Of a DNA stretch of 64,000 bases, positions 51,122 through 64,000 are shown in pieces. The position numbers and the translations under genes are program-made. Numbering within the stretch: the first letter of the stretch is position 1; each line of letters begins with the position of its first letter. This DNA is from the human T2T-CHM13v2.0 reference genome, Homo sapiens: assembly GCF_009914755.1 (NCBI RefSeq), contig NC_060935.1; one strand, given 5' to 3'. Below the pieces are notes generated by a model that saw nothing but the letters and a program-made list of their open reading frames with translations, searched no databases and had not been told where the DNA came from.

Positions 51122-51769
51122 TGATGAATGCTTGCCTGCTCAGCACCCACTACATGCTGGGCTGGGTCACATTACTCTGACTCCCCCTTGAGCTTCAGTC
51201 CGTGCCTGGTTCAAGATGTATTGACTCAACTCGAGGATCCAGAGGTGGGATGTGGCTCTGGCCTGGCCAGAGGACAGAGGATGCTGCATGCCATGGCTAC
51301 AGCAACTGGTTCAGCTTTGGGCTCATGTCCTAGTCAGAGCCAATGAGATGTAATCTTCGGATATCTGCTGGGCTGTTGGGAAGGGGACAGGCTGCCCTGC
51401 TCATCCCCATTCCTGATGCTGAGGGATCTGAGAAAATCACTTGTAAAATTCGGGGGTGTTTGGAAGAAGGAGAGACTGATGTCTCCTTCTCTCTACAGAC
51501 ATCTGATCAGCTACAGAGCTTGACTGACCTACCCAGAGGCATAATGATATGGTGGTTAAAAGTGTGCTCTGGGCCGAGATCTTGCCACCGAACTCCAGCC
51601 TGGGTGACAGAGTGAGACTCCGTATAAAAAAAAAAAAGTGTGCTCTGGGCTGGGCGCGGAGGCTTATGACTGTAATCCCAGCACTTTGGGAGGCTGAGGC
51701 AGGAAGATCGCTTGAAGTCAGGAGTTTGGGATCAGACCCTATCTCTAGAAAAATGCTTTTTAAAAATTA

Positions 51770-51976
<207 letters not shown>

Positions 51977-53345
51977 TTAGATGCATGTTATATAAATGCT
52001 GTCCTCAGTTTCCTCATCTGTAACTTGGGGATGATAATGTTGCCCCATGAAGTGGTTGTGGGGACTAAATGCATGTGGGCACATTGGTACGTATTCAACA
52101 AGCTTGATTTTTCCTGGAGAGGGAGAAAGAGCATACAGTGAAGTGGCACGGTCAGGTGCATTGGGGCAAGGATTATTTCCTCCGGCTTCTGCCTCCTGGG
52201 AGGTACTAAGGATGGATGTGAAATGTGTCTGCAGAACCCAGAGTTGGGGACTGCAGAGGAAAATTGAGATCAGGGACCCCAGCCTGGCAGAAATGGGTGT
52301 AGCATGGGGCATTGTGTTCCTTCCATCAGAGGCATGGGGTGTGTTGCAGAGAGTCATGAGATATGGCTGAATCTTGCAAGGGAGCCGCGGTCCTAGGGTT
52401 GCTGCTTGAGACAAAGACCACTGTCAGTGCAACCTGGTGACCTTCACCCTTCTGTGTCAGGCTGCAGACAGCAAGAGATGGCAGCAGATTACACCCAACA
52501 GGAAAAGGGCCATTGCTATCCCACAGGTTGCCATAAGAGGAGATGACATCTCTCCCTCTCCTCCTCCAGCAGTGTCAGCTGGGGAAGAGGTGGGTGGGTA
52601 TGCACAAAAGAGTAGACCACAGACCATGCTCCTTCTCCTCCAGTCTGCTGGGTCCCCAAGAGAGTCTGCAGCCCTTGGCCAGGGACCGGCTGACACAGGA
52701 GAACAAAAGATCTCAGGCTGGGATAACATGGTGGTGCAGTTCATCCTCTGGAGCTCCCTGTGAGATCAGACTGGAGCCAGTCTCCAGCTGAGACCACATC
52801 TCACTTAGCTCCTTCCCTGCCATATCTTGTTTTCCTTACTCCTATCTCCTGAGAGTCCTGAATAAATTACATGCACTCAATCCCTGCCTCAGGCTCTGTT
52901 TTTAGGGAACTTGACCTAAGACAGATATCTTAGTACTAGATACTTTGCAAGGCCTCAGAAGCTCTGCTATCCACAGGCAGGTGAGATATTACCTTCCCTA
53001 CCACCTGGCAGTCATAGTCAATGATGCGATTCAGCTTTGTGGAAGTGCTTCTCTAAAGAACTTCCCCCAATTTAAGATGATCTTAATTTGCTTACTTCTT
53101 TACTGTCCATTTAGCTGCTTTAAAATGTGAACTCCAAATCAGGGGCCATGTCTGGTTGGTTACCCATTTCCTGGGACCTAGAACGGGCCTAGCTCAGAGC
53201 AGTTGCTCACTATTGATGGAATGCATGTTGAAAGAATGCGTGAATCTCATCTCCTTTTGTGGGTGAAAAGCTCATCCTATTCTCACTCCTGATTAACTTT
53301 CTTTCTTTCTTTTTTTTTTTTTTTTTTTTCAAAATGGAGCCATGA

Positions 53346-53492
<147 letters not shown>

Positions 53493-54183
53493 TAATACAG
53501 ACAGGGTTTCACCATGTTGGCCAGGCTGGTCTCGAACTCCTGACCTCGTGATCTGCCCGCTTTGGCCTCCCAAAGTCCTGGGATTACAGGCATGAGCCAC
53601 CGTAACCAGCCACTCTTGATTAACTTAATGGAAATATTTACAGAGATTCTTTCTCTTCTGGGTTCTAGCGTCTTATCTGTAACCTCTGCAGGTAATACAT
53701 TTTCCTTCCTGATAATAGCATTTCTTTGGTTGCTTTCACTTGCAAATCCTCTAATACTGATTTATTCCATTTCTGATTGGCATTAGTCATAATTCTCAAT
53801 TTTTAGTGACAGCACTTCTGTTAACTTACATATAAATCGACTTTGCCTTGAAATGTGACTTTGACTAGAAGGATGAAACTTCTAACATGCTGTAGAACAT
53901 AGTTTGACTGGCTAATTTATTATTTAGAAGAAGCTAATATTGCCATTATGAGGGACTTAGGTGGTTCTGAAGAACCAGTTGTATTTCTGATGTTTGCAAT
54001 GTTAAATCACAGATATTGCCAATGTGAAATAGTTTCCGTATGCTGTGTTCTCAATACACACCTTTTCCAAAGATATCCCAAGCTGTAGTCTTAGGAAACT
54101 GTGATTTTTCTTATTTGGTCTCATAGGAATTTGGGGAGCTATGCGGGATCTCCATAAAATGAGCTCCAGAAAGACACATGTGT

Positions 54184-54189
<6 letters not shown>

Positions 54190-54236
<47 letters not shown>
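54190..54236. repeat. (CA)n microsatellite
   Basis: Long pure CA run. Confidence 0.95.
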
Positions 54237-54240
<4 letters not shown>

Positions 54241-56869
54241 CACACATGTACCACACCACAATTGACTGTTTATGTGGGACCCATGATTATCAGAAGTGCT
54301 ATTTTCAACAAACACTTCTGAGAAATAATCTGAACACTTAATTGGATGCAAAAGAGTGGGTATTTACTATTCTACCCTTTAATTAGCATAATCAGTGTTT
54401 CCAGCAGCAAAAGCAATTGGAAAAGCGCTAGTTTTATTAGGTTCATTATTCTCCCTTAGCGTAGTGTGGCATCAGCATGGCTATTATTCTTAAATTGCCT
54501 CCTTAAAACAAGGGCTGGTGCTTCTTACAGGCAATTCCTAACTGTTGGGTTTTGCAGAGAGTCCAAAACTCTTTAGAACCTATAATTCAAGGAAAGGCTC
54601 CACTTTGGTTTTGCATTTTGTCTGGTCTCTTTGGCTGACAGAATTTATGTCACAAGGTACACATGTTTGGGGGAGGCTCATGGACAGCCCATCGCGCTTG
54701 TGCTTTGGTAGGAAGTACGTGCCGTTAAGGGGAAGGAGTTAGTTACTGATTCTAGGGAACAATTGGGTAGAAAGAGATGGACTCCCTGTGTTTGAAATTC
54801 AGAACTCAAGCTTCGCTCTAAGTGTTTCCTTGCTTTGCTGTGCTCCAGGGGAGTCACTGAGCAGAAGGAAGCGAGTTGCCTGAGATTCCTCAAAGCCAGC
54901 AGCCCTTTTGGAGGTTACATTGTTATTCTCAGAGCCTTTATGATGCATAATAAAGACCTAGCTTGGACCAACATTAGGATGAGTTATCTTGCTATTAACA
55001 ATCTTTTAGGTAGAAGTTGCTGGTCCCATCTTGCTCACAATCCTCCAAAGTTTGAAAGTGATTTTCCAGGAGACTTGGCTTGCACTGAGAGCTGCCCTCC
55101 CACCCTCTCTCCAAATTTCCTCTTGGGGGTAGCCTAACAAGGTGCTGTCACAGACCCTTGCCTGCCACGATGACCCCACCCAGACCATCCCTCTGCTGGT
55201 TCACTCTTTGATACTCTCTGGAGCTCTCTGGGGAGGGGTGAGACCTGCCCTCTCGTTTGTATGGTTTGCCCAGGTCTTACAGTCATGGCTGGCTGCCTCT
55301 CTCTGAGAACTGGGACTCCTGAACTTGGTGAAATACCTCAGCCATCGATCATGTTGAATTATCGGGGACACTCATTTAAAATCGGAGCCTGTTCCAGATA
55401 GACTCTTTCTCTTTCTGCCCTGACCGTGAGAGAAGCCTTGCTGGACGGTGGAGGCGCTCGTGGGCTGTAAGCAAGGGATGCAAAGGCTGCCGGGAATCCC
55501 TTCTTTCCAGCATCATCTGCCAAGGGACATCAGTCCCTGGGTATCTTGATGGGTTCTAGCAGCATTACTGTCATTGAAGGAAAAATTTTAGCCATATTAA
55601 AGGTGAATGCAGCAATCTCCACATAGGCTGCCTGGAAGGGACGCAGGACAAGGGTAGGTTTTCTTGTGATGGACAGGAGGCAGGCGGCCCTCCCACAGCC
55701 CTGTCTGGCTATGCAGATGTGTCCCCATAAGGCACTGGGGGCCAGCTGGAGTGCTGTGCCGAGGCGGGCTGACCCGGGCCGTGGGTTCGCTCTGATTGCA
55801 GCGGTTTCCCACCAGCTCCTTGCAGAGCTGGCAGATGGCCCAGCCCCACAGCAGGAGCTGTGAATGGCAGAACGAGATACAACAATTTGATATCCACTTG
55901 CCAGACGAGCCGGGTGTCATCAGTCGCCTGGCTCTGTGCCCAACCTCTTTTTGCATAAACACTTATGAATTCAGCCAAGAGGAAAAGCACTCTGATTATG
56001 AATTGAGCAGAAGGAAACAAAATTCTGCAGATAAACACCAGTGAGACAAAAAAACATGAACAAGAAAAATGACAGAAAAGGAGAACCTTCCCAGAAGCCT
56101 CCTGCCAGTGAACGGCCACCACAGCAAGAGCATGGAGAGGCCCTGGGTTTTGAACTGTGAGATAAGGAAGATGATGAAAACCTCCCTAGCAGCCAGGCAA
56201 GCACAAGATTCCTGTGAAATCCAGGTCTAAGTGTTTTGACCACCGAAGTAATATTATGTCATAGGTGAGAGCTGTGAGTTGCTGAACCCAAAGTGAGTTC
56301 AAATCCGAGTTCTGCCTCCTGCAACCTGTGTGACTTTGAGAAGATCCAGCACCACTTTGTGCCTCAGTTTTGTCATCTGTTAAACGGGCATAATCACAGC
56401 TCCTGCCTCAGAGTTGTTGTAAATTAATACATGTAAAGCACTGAAATCAGCCGGTATACAGTAAGTATTATGAACGTTATTTTCTTGGAAGGACAGAACT
56501 TCTTTTCATGGTTTAAGCCTGAAAACCTAAAAAATGTGAGAGAAGAGGAAAGAATCTAGAGTGTCACCATGAGGGGGAAAAGTCAACTTGAAGCAGGACA
56601 GGGTCATTGACAATTTCCTGTGATTCTACAGCTGCCTTGTACACTATGGTAGCTCCTATCCACTTGTTTAGATTTTGTGATTTAGAAATGAATTAAGGCC
56701 GGGCATGGTGACACACCTGTAATCCCAGCATTTTGGGAGGCCAAGTTGGGCAGATCACCTGAGGTCAGGCGTTCAAGATCAGCCTGGCCAACATGGTGAA
56801 ATCTCGTCTCTACAAAAATACAAAAATTAGCCGGACATGATGGCGGGTTCCTGTAATCCTGGCTACTCA

Positions 56870-57040
<171 letters not shown>

Positions 57041-57155
57041 TCAAGGGCTCAACAGCCCATGTGGGTGGCTAGCAGCTCCCATGTTGGACAGTGCAGAGTA
57101 GAGCAAGCCCGCCATTGCAGAATGTTTGATTGGACCATGACTGAATAGTCTATTG

Positions 57156-57651
57156 CAGTGACCCCCAATTTTTTTTTAGCACCAAAGACCAGTTTCCATG
57201 TATTTGTGGGGGAAGTTTCAGTATGATTCAAGTGTGTTACATTTACTGTGTACTTTATTTCTATTGTTATGAACATTATAATATATAATGAAATCCTTAT
57301 ACAACTCACCATAATGTAGAATCAGTGGGAGCCCTGAGCTTGTTTTCCTGCAACTAGATAATCCCATCTCCGGGTGGTGGGAGACGGTGACAGATCATCA
57401 GGCATTAGGTTCTCATAAGGAGCACACAACCTAGATCCCTTCCACATGCAGTTTACAATAGGGTTGGTGCTCCTATCAGAATCTAATGCCACTGCTGATC
57501 TGATAGGAGACAGAGCTCAGCCAGGGGGATCAGCTGTAAATACAGATGAAGCTTCACTCATTAGCTCACTGCTCACCTCCTTCTGTGCAGACCAGTTCCT
57601 AACAGGCCACAGACCACTACTGGTCTGTGGTCTGGGGGATGGGGACCTCTG
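57156..57651. mobile_element. MER1-type (hAT-Charlie) element
   Basis: cagtgacccccaa...ggggacctctg termini; perfect 8-bp TSD GTCTATTG at 57148-57155 and 57652-57659. Confidence 0.8.
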
Positions 57652-57704
57652 GTCTATTGGATAACACTAGCTTTGAGGGTACTGATCAGCCAAAGAAGCA
57701 CTGA

Positions 57705-58059
<355 letters not shown>

Positions 58060-59214
58060 TAGTTCCAAGCACCTTCCCTGCATTTTCTCAGTTAATCCTC
58101 CCAGTGACTCTTTGAAGCAGGGACTATGACAATCGTCATTTCACAGATGGAGCAACTGAGGCACAGAAAGGAGGTCAATGGCCATGGTCACCCAGCTGAG
58201 GAAGGATGGAGCTGGCTGAGATCCTGTTCTGGGGATCTAACTCTGCAGCCTGCATTCTGGGCTGCTGTTTTCTCCCATGTTGCTATCTGATGAGCACAGC
58301 ATGGGCTCAGAGTACAGACAGGAGGAACCAGCTAATAAGGAGAGGTCTGGGGTGAAGGCTGGTGCCTTGGGGAAGAAGAGAGAGGTCCCATTCTAAAGGG
58401 ATGGCATTGGAAGTTCATAGTGATAAAGCAAAGCCAACAGGTTTTGGGGCTGGGAGTTAAACACACAGCTCTGGTTTCTGCCTTTTCACAGTGGTGATGA
58501 ATGGGCACTGAGACCCTCTCGAGCTAAAGTTGTCATCACTGCTCTTCATAGTCTGAAGGTGCATGAAATGGTCAACTTTCTTCCAAAGGGCTTTTATGCC
58601 TAAGTCTGTGGTTAGTGTATAAACAGATATTTACGGAAGTCCTGCTGGGTACAGACACTGTGGCCAGCCCTGAGGCTACAGTCTAGATGAAGCCAGTCTC
58701 TGTCCTCATGGAGACCTGTCTATTGATAAGAAAAGAGAAAGCTCACTGAGCATTGACCCTGTGCCCACTGCTTTTGATGCATCTCTCATTTAATCCTTCT
58801 ATCAAATCTGTGAAATAAACACATCACCATCATCCCTATTTCACATTTAGGGAAACATATGCTTAGAGAGGGTAAGTAACTTGGTCAAAGTCACACAGCT
58901 TCGAACTCTCATCCCACAGGTGCAGGAATGGGAGGCAGCAGCTGGGGAAGCCAGGGTCTCTGGCAGTCCTTGTCTCTGGGCGGTGATCCAGAGAGAGAGA
59001 GAACACGATTGTCTCAGCACTGGGTCTTCTTCTGAGTCGTCTTGAAGGAGCAATTCCAGAGCATCTCGGTGTTAAACATCATGTTGTGAATGACTCAGTG
59101 ATCTCTGACCCAGAGAACTTGGGGATAAAGGAGGGGAGGTACGGAGAAGCTCTTCGAATGGATGTTACCGGGGTGTCAGTGTTCCTTGAGGCCACAGGCT
59201 ATTTGTCACCAAAT

Positions 59215-60238
59215 TGAAGGGGTGGCCTGCCCCTCCACACCTGTGGGTATTTCTAGTCGGGTGGGATGAGAGATGGAGAAAAGAAATAAGACACAGAGAC
59301 AAAGTACAGGGAAACAACAGTGGGTCCAGGGGACCGGCACTCAGCAGACCAGGACTTGCACGGGCACTGGCCTCAGTTCCCTCAGTTTTTATTGATTATG
59401 ATTTTCATTATTTCAGCAAAAAGGAATGTAATAGGAGAGCAGGGTGATAATAAGGAGAAGGTCAATAAAATACATGTGAGCAAAAGAATCTGTATCATAC
59501 TTAAGTTCAAGGGAAGGTACTATGACTGGACTTGCACGTAGGCCAGATTTATGTTTCTCTCCACCCAAACATCGCAGTGGAGTAAAGAATAACGAGGCAG
59601 CATTGCTGCAACATGTCTCACCTCCCGCCACAGGGCAGCTTTTCTCCTAGCTCAGACTTGAACAAATGTACAATCGGGTTTACACCGAGACATTCAATTC
59701 CCAGGGGCAAGCAGGAGACAGTGGCCTTCCTCCATCTCAACTGCAAGAGGCTTTCCTCTTTTACTAATCCGCCTCAGCACAGACCCTTTACAGGTGTCAG
59801 GCTGGGGGACAGTCAGGTCTTTCTCATCCCACGAGGCCATATCTCAGACTATCACATGGGGAGAAACCTTGGAAAATACCCTTCTTTCAAGGGCAGGGCT
59901 CCCTGTGGCTTTCCACGGTGCATTGTGCCCCTGGTTTATTGTGACTAGAGAATGGCAATGACTTTTACGAAGTATACTGCTTGTAAACATTTGGTTAACA
60001 AGGCACGTCCTGCACAGCCCTAGATCCCTTAAACCTTGATTTTATACAACACATGTTTTTGTGAACTCCAAGTTGGGTCAAAGTGGTTGGGGCAAAGTGG
60101 CTGGGGCAAAGCTACAAATGAACAACATCTCAGCAAAGCAATTGTTAGAGTACAGGTCTTTTTCAAAATGGATTCTCTTATGTCTTCCCTTTCTACATAG
60201 ACACAGTGACAGTCTGATCTCTCTTTCTTTTCCCTACA
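59215..60238 (-). mobile_element. Solo HERV-K(HML-2) LTR, LTR5A-like
   Basis: - strand reads TGTAGGGAAAAGAAAGAGAGATCAGACTG...GGGGCAGGCCACCCCTTCA; 1024 bp; TSD CAAAT at 59210-59214 and 60239-60243. Confidence 0.9.
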
Positions 60239-60447
60239 CAAATAAAGAGCCCAGTGCCTTTTCTCATTGCTCAAGAGATTGAAGGGGTAGGAAGAAAAGA
60301 TGTTAAGTTATAAACATGTTTCAGTTTTGGTACCACTTGAGCCAATTTACGTTTTGAAGAGGAAAGAGTCTTGCCTACAAAGTCAGCCCCTGGGTTTTCC
60401 TTCTGCTTATGGAATCCAGGCAATGGGCAAAGAGAAAAAGAAAACTA

Positions 60448-60654
<207 letters not shown>

Positions 60655-61053
60655 TCAGCCCAGGAGGTTGAGGCTGCAGTGAGCCATGATTGTGCCACTA
60701 TACTCCAGCCTGGGTGACAGAGTGAGGTCCTGTCTCAAAAGAAAACAAAAAAGATAAGAAAAAGAAAACTAGGGCATCTGGACAGAATAAGTTTATATAT
60801 ATATATAATAAAGAACTGAGGGGGAGGAGCCAAGATGGCCGAATAGGAACAGCTCCGGTCTACAGCTCCCAGCGTGAGCGACGCAGAAGACGGTGATTTC
60901 TGCATTTCCATCTGAGGTACCGGGTTCATCTCACTAGGGAGTGCCAGACAGTGGGCGCAGGCCAGTGTGTGTGCGCACCGTGCGCGAGCCGAAGCAGGGC
61001 GAGGCATTGCCTCACCTGGGAAGCGCAAGGGGTCAGGGAGTTCCCTTTCTGAG

Positions 61054-61269
61054 TCAAAGAAAGGGGTGACGGTCGCACCTGGAAAATCGGGTCACTCCCA
61101 CCCGAATATTGCGCTTTTCAGACCGGCTTAAGAAACGGCGCACCACGAGACTATATCCCACACCTGGCTCGGAGGGTCCTACGCCCACGGAATCTCGCTG
61201 ATTGCTAGCACAGCAGTCTGAGATCAAACTGCAAGGCGGCAACGAGGCTGGGGGAGGGGCGCCCGCCAT
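61054..61269 (-). CDS. LINE-1 antisense ORF0 (71 aa), intact
   Basis: MAGAPPPASLPPCSLISDCCASNQRDSVGVGPSEPGVGYSLVVRRFLSRSEKRNIRVGVTRFSRCDRHPFL*. Confidence 0.88.
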   Translation of the reverse strand: MAGAPPPASLPPCSLISDCCASNQRDSVGVGPSEPGVGYSLVVRRFLSRSEKRNIRVGVTRFSRCDRHPFL

Positions 61270-61727
61270 TGCCCAGGCTTGCTTAGGTAAACAAAGCAGC
61301 CGGGAAGCTCGAACTGGGTGGAGCCCACCACAGCTCAAGGAGTCCTGCCTGCCTCTGTAGGCTCCACCTCTGGGGGCAGGGCACAGACAAACAAAAAGAC
61401 AGCAGTAACCTCTGCAGACTTAAGTGTCCCTGTCTGACAGCTTTGAAGAGAGCAGTGGTTCTCCCAGCACGCAGCTGGAGATCTGAGAACGGGCAGACAG
61501 ACTGCCTCCTCAAGTGGGTCCCTGACTCCGACCCCCGAGCAGCCTAACTGGGAGGCACCCCCCAGCAGGGGCACACTGACACCTCACACGGCAGGGTATT
61601 CCAACAGACCTGCAGCTGAGGGTCCTGTCTGTTAGAAGGAAAACTAACAACCAGAAAGGACATCTACACCGAAAACCCATCTGTACATCACCATCATCAA
61701 AGACCAAAAGTAGATAAAACCACAAAG

Positions 61728-62744
61728 ATGGGGAAAAAACAGAACAGAAAAACTGGAAACTCTAAAACGCAGAGCGCCTCTCCTCCTCCAAAGGAACGCA
61801 GTTCCTCACCAGCAACAGAACAAAGCTGGATGGAGAATGATTTTGACGAGCTGAGAGAAGAAGGCTTCAGACGATCAAATTACTCTGAGCTACGGGAGGA
61901 CATTCAAACCAAAGGCAAAGAAGTTGAAAACTTTGAAAAAAATTTAGAAGAATGTATAACTAGAATAACCAATACAGAGAAGTGCTTAAAGGAGCTGATG
62001 GAGCTGAAAACCAAGGCTCGAGAACTACGTGAAGAATGCAGAAGCCTCAGGAGCCGATGCGATCAACTGGAAGAAAGGGTATCAGCAATGGAAGATGAAA
62101 TGAATGAAATGAAGCGAGAAGGGAAGTTTAGAGAAAAAAGAATAAAAAGAAATGAGCAAAGCCTCCAAGAAATATGGGACTATGTGAAAAGACCAAATCT
62201 ACGTCTGATTGGTGTACCTGAAAGTGATGTGGAGAATGGAACCAAGTTGGAAAACACTCTGCAGGATATTATCCAGGAGAACTTCCCCAATCTAGCAAGG
62301 CAGGCCAACGTTCAGATTCAGGAAATACAGAGAACGCCACAAAGATACTCCTCGAGAAGAGCAACTCCAAGACACATAATTGTCAGATTCACCAAAGTTG
62401 AAATGAAGGAAAAAATGTTAAGGGCAGCCAGAGAGAAAGGTCGGGTTACCCTCAAAGGAAAGCCCATCAGACTAACAGCGGATCTCTCGGCAGAAACCCT
62501 ACAAGCCAGAAGAGAGTGGGGGCCAATATTCAACATTCTTAAAGAAAAGAATTTTCAACCCAGAATTTCATATCCAGCCAAACTAAGCTTCATAAGTGAA
62601 GGAGAAATAAAATACTTTATAGACAAGCAAATGTTGAGAGATTTTGTCACCACCAGGCCTGCCCTAAAAAAGCTCCTGAAGGAAGCGCTAAACATGGAAA
62701 GGAACAACCGGTACCAGCCGCTGCAAAATCATGCCAAAACGTAA
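61728..62744 (+). CDS. LINE-1 ORF1p (338 aa, RNA-binding chaperone), intact
   Basis: MGKKQNRK...; REKG, ARR and YPAKLS motifs intact; ends HAKT instead of HAKM. Confidence 0.97.
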   Translation: MGKKQNRKTGNSKTQSASPPPKERSSSPATEQSWMENDFDELREEGFRRSNYSELREDIQTKGKEVENFEKNLEECITRITNTEKCLKELMELKTKARELREECRSLRSRCDQLEERVSAMEDEMNEMKREGKFREKRIKRNEQSLQEIWDYVKRPNLRLIGVPESDVENGTKLENTLQDIIQENFPNLARQANVQIQEIQRTPQRYSSRRATPRHIIVRFTKVEMKEKMLRAAREKGRVTLKGKPIRLTADLSAETLQARREWGPIFNILKEKNFQPRISYPAKLSFISEGEIKYFIDKQMLRDFVTTRPALKKLLKEALNMERNNRYQPLQNHAKT

Positions 62745-62783
62745 AGACCATCGAGACTAGGAAGAAACTGCATCAACTAATGA

Positions 62784-63999
<1,216 letters not shown>

Positions 64000-64000
64000 G

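Noticed and set aside
53600-56300. Possible ENPP7-like exons 1-2 or other coding exons in this repeat-poor stretch
   Set aside because: No LLVSFDGFRW, TxPxH or WITA-type motifs were found in the ORF track or by eye; the stretch may be regulatory but I cannot support that from sequence alone
59215-60300. HERV-K provirus
   Set aside because: The TSD directly flanks a single LTR; no primer-binding site or gag follows

Overview
Human/great-ape genomic DNA, very Alu-rich, from the segmentally duplicated ALG1L-FAM86-ENPP7P block (a paralog of the 16p13.3 ALG1/EEF2KMT region; the exact copy cannot be assigned without alignment). + strand: an unprocessed partial ALG1 duplicate (exons 6-13, 14465-21534). 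Joined to an upstream, apparently L2-derived ATG exon (4681-4700), it splices into an uninterrupted 261-aa ORF with all GT-AG sites intact. - strand: a complete 8-exon FAM86/EEF2KMT copy (22389-34512, CpG-island promoter) with two nonsense codons in the methyltransferase exons but an open FAM86C-type exon-skipping frame, and a decayed, strongly diverged ENPP7-like gene (exons at 49097-49720, 41718-41954 and a candidate transmembrane terminal exon at 40144-40270). Mobile elements include a nested MIR>AluJ>MER66>LTR12 stack, a solo LTR5A, a truncated U2 retropseudogene, and the 5' 3.2 kb of a young L1HS (ORF0 and ORF1 intact, ORF2 frameshifted). Comparisons with reference proteins and repeat consensus sequences are from memory, not database searches.
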